From the NCBI GenBank assembly GCA_964607415.1, contig CAZSKK010000002.1, forward strand, positions 288,585-352,584: 64,000 nt of DNA. The letters are read 5' to 3'. This document shows, one piece after another, positions 62,502-64,000 of this stretch (the first letter of the stretch is position 1; every line of letters starts with the position of its first letter). A program made the position numbers and the translations under genes. The stretch is from an uncultured Candidatus Saccharibacteria bacterium (GTDB taxonomy: Bacteria > Patescibacteriota > Dojkabacteria > J137). Under the pieces are notes generated by a model. It did not search any database, was not told where the DNA came from, and worked only from the letters and a program-made list of their open reading frames with translations.

Positions 62502-64000
62502 ATGTGCGGAATTTTCGGATATATCGGCACCCAAAACGCGCCCACAAAAGTTCTTTCTGGTCTAAAACGTTTAGAATATCGAGGCTACGATTCATGGGGA
62601 GTTGCTTTTCAATCAAGCAATCATTTAGATATTAAAAAATATGTTGGACATATTGAGAATGCAAATCTAAGTAAAGACGATCAAAGCCTAATTGCAATTG
62701 GGCATACCAGATGGGCAACTCATGGAGGTGTTACAGACATCAATGCGCACCCTCACTTAAGCACAGATGGCTCTTTTGCACTTGCCCAAAATGGCATTGT
62801 TGAAAACTATCAAGAGCTTAAATCAGAATTAAAATCAAAAGGATTCCACTTCATTTCCCAAACAGATACAGAAGTAATAGTTAGGCTTATTGAAGAAAAA
62901 CTCAAAACAACATCGGATTTGCTGGTTGCAACTCGTCTTGCTTTTTTGGACTTAAAAGGCCGAAATACAATCATATTAATTGAAAATAATTCAAACAGAA
63001 TTATTGCAATTAGAAATGGATCACCATTGGTTGCAGGAGTTTCAGAAGATGGATTTTATTTAGCTTCCGACACATTATCTTTTGCTGAAAATACCGACAG
63101 AGTAATTTTTATAAAAGATTTTGAAATGGTTGAAATTGTTGATGGAAAAATCAAACTTTTAAACGCCAAAACAGGAAAAATTATTCAACATAAAATTCAA
63201 AAGATTAACATTGAAGATTCCAAAATCGACAAAGACGGCTTTGATCATTTTATGATTAAAGAAATTGTTGAGCAAAAACATACAATCAGAGAAGCTGTTC
63301 AATACTCTGAAGAAGATTTAAAACCTTTAACTGATAGAATAAAATCATCAAAAAGAGTTTACACAGTTGGAGCTGGGACTGCAGGATTTGCCGCAAGCCA
63401 AATTGCTTTCTTTTTGCGCGAGTACGCAAACATTAACGCAATTGAACTAAAATCCTACGAAATGACAAGCTTTAAAAATTTATTTACAAAAGAGGATTTG
63501 ATTATTGCTGTAAGCCAAAGCGGAGAAACGGCTGACACAATTGAAGCAATAGAGTTTGCAAAAAGTAAAGGCGCCAAGGTTGCAAGTATTGTAAATATGA
63601 TTGGTTCAACAGTCACAAGAATGTCAGACTATGCATATCTATCAAGATCTGGCCCAGAAATTTGTGTTGCTTCAACTAAAGCTTTTACGGCTCAGATCTC
63701 ATGGGGATTATTGCTTGCTAAAACAGTGATTGGTGAATACGAAAAAACTAAAAAAACAATCGAACAAACAGGTAAATCTTTGGAGAAGTATTTTACGGAC
63801 GAACTTTTTGATGACATCAAAAAGTTCGTTAAAATGCTTTCTAAAAAGGAGCACTTCTTCGTTTTGGGAAAAGGTCAAAATTATTATATTTCTTTGGAAG
63901 GATCATTAAAAATTAAAGAAATTACCTATAAACATTTTGAAGGTTTCCCAGCCGGGGAATTAAAACACGGAGTAATTGCGTTAATAGAAAAGGGGACTCC
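62502..64000 (+). CDS. glmS: Glutamine--fructose-6-phosphate aminotransferase (runs off window end; missing from ORF track)
   Basis: ATG 62502: MCGIFGY...LEYRGYDS, GHTRWATHG, NAHPH, SQSGETADT, VASTKAF, ELKHG. Confidence 0.96.
   Translation, partial: MCGIFGYIGTQNAPTKVLSGLKRLEYRGYDSWGVAFQSSNHLDIKKYVGHIENANLSKDDQSLIAIGHTRWATHGGVTDINAHPHLSTDGSFALAQNGIVENYQELKSELKSKGFHFISQTDTEVIVRLIEEKLKTTSDLLVATRLAFLDLKGRNTIILIENNSNRIIAIRNGSPLVAGVSEDGFYLASDTLSFAENTDRVIFIKDFEMVEIVDGKIKLLNAKTGKIIQHKIQKINIEDSKIDKDGFDHFMIKEIVEQKHTIREAVQYSEEDLKPLTDRIKSSKRVYTVGAGTAGFAASQIAFFLREYANINAIELKSYEMTSFKNLFTKEDLIIAVSQSGETADTIEAIEFAKSKGAKVASIVNMIGSTVTRMSDYAYLSRSGPEICVASTKAFTAQISWGLLLAKTVIGEYEKTKKTIEQTGKSLEKYFTDELFDDIKKFVKMLSKKEHFFVLGKGQNYYISLEGSLKIKEITYKHFEGFPAGELKHGVIALIEKGT

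Noticed and set aside
315-62635. Numerous short ORFs in the track antisense to or overlapping real genes (e.g. 898-1104, 9834-10199, 28076-28381, 43645-44004, 58343-58687, 62369-62635)
   Set aside because: Shadow frames of well-supported genes with no recognisable motifs

Overview
A 64-kb, AT-rich bacterial chromosome segment using genetic code 11. Gene content and style suggest a Candidate Phyla Radiation (Patescibacteria) genome, possibly Dojkabacteria/WS6-like (inference): short IF2, ValRS without the C-terminal coiled coil, apparently Shine-Dalgarno-poor and often leaderless starts, and a giant surface protein. It is mostly housekeeping: typA, hisS, tRNA-His, hup, recJ, valS with a T-box, rpoB-rpoC-rpsL-rpsG, rodA/ftsW, infB, trxA/trxB, a tsaC-tsaE fusion, an M16 peptidase pair, elp3 and a partial glmS. 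No CRISPR array, prophage or transposase is visible. The most striking observations are four. (1) The RNA polymerase in the canonical rpoBC locus keeps NADFDGD but has replaced normally invariant trigger-loop (QLTMRTFH to QLTLKSKS), bridge-helix, SGARG and rifampicin-pocket residues. (2) The valS locus is multiply invaded: a four-helix-bundle gene with inverted flanks lies between the T-box and valS, an ASCH domain is inserted in ValRS, and palindromic and heptamer repeats are translated in frame. (3) A family of small structured palindromic elements occurs between genes, in frame inside valS and elp3, and as a duplicated covarying leader before both rpsL and rpsG. (4) Degenerate 7- and 8-nt-period arrays are scattered through the intergenic DNA. 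All protein assignments come from motif recognition, not database searches.
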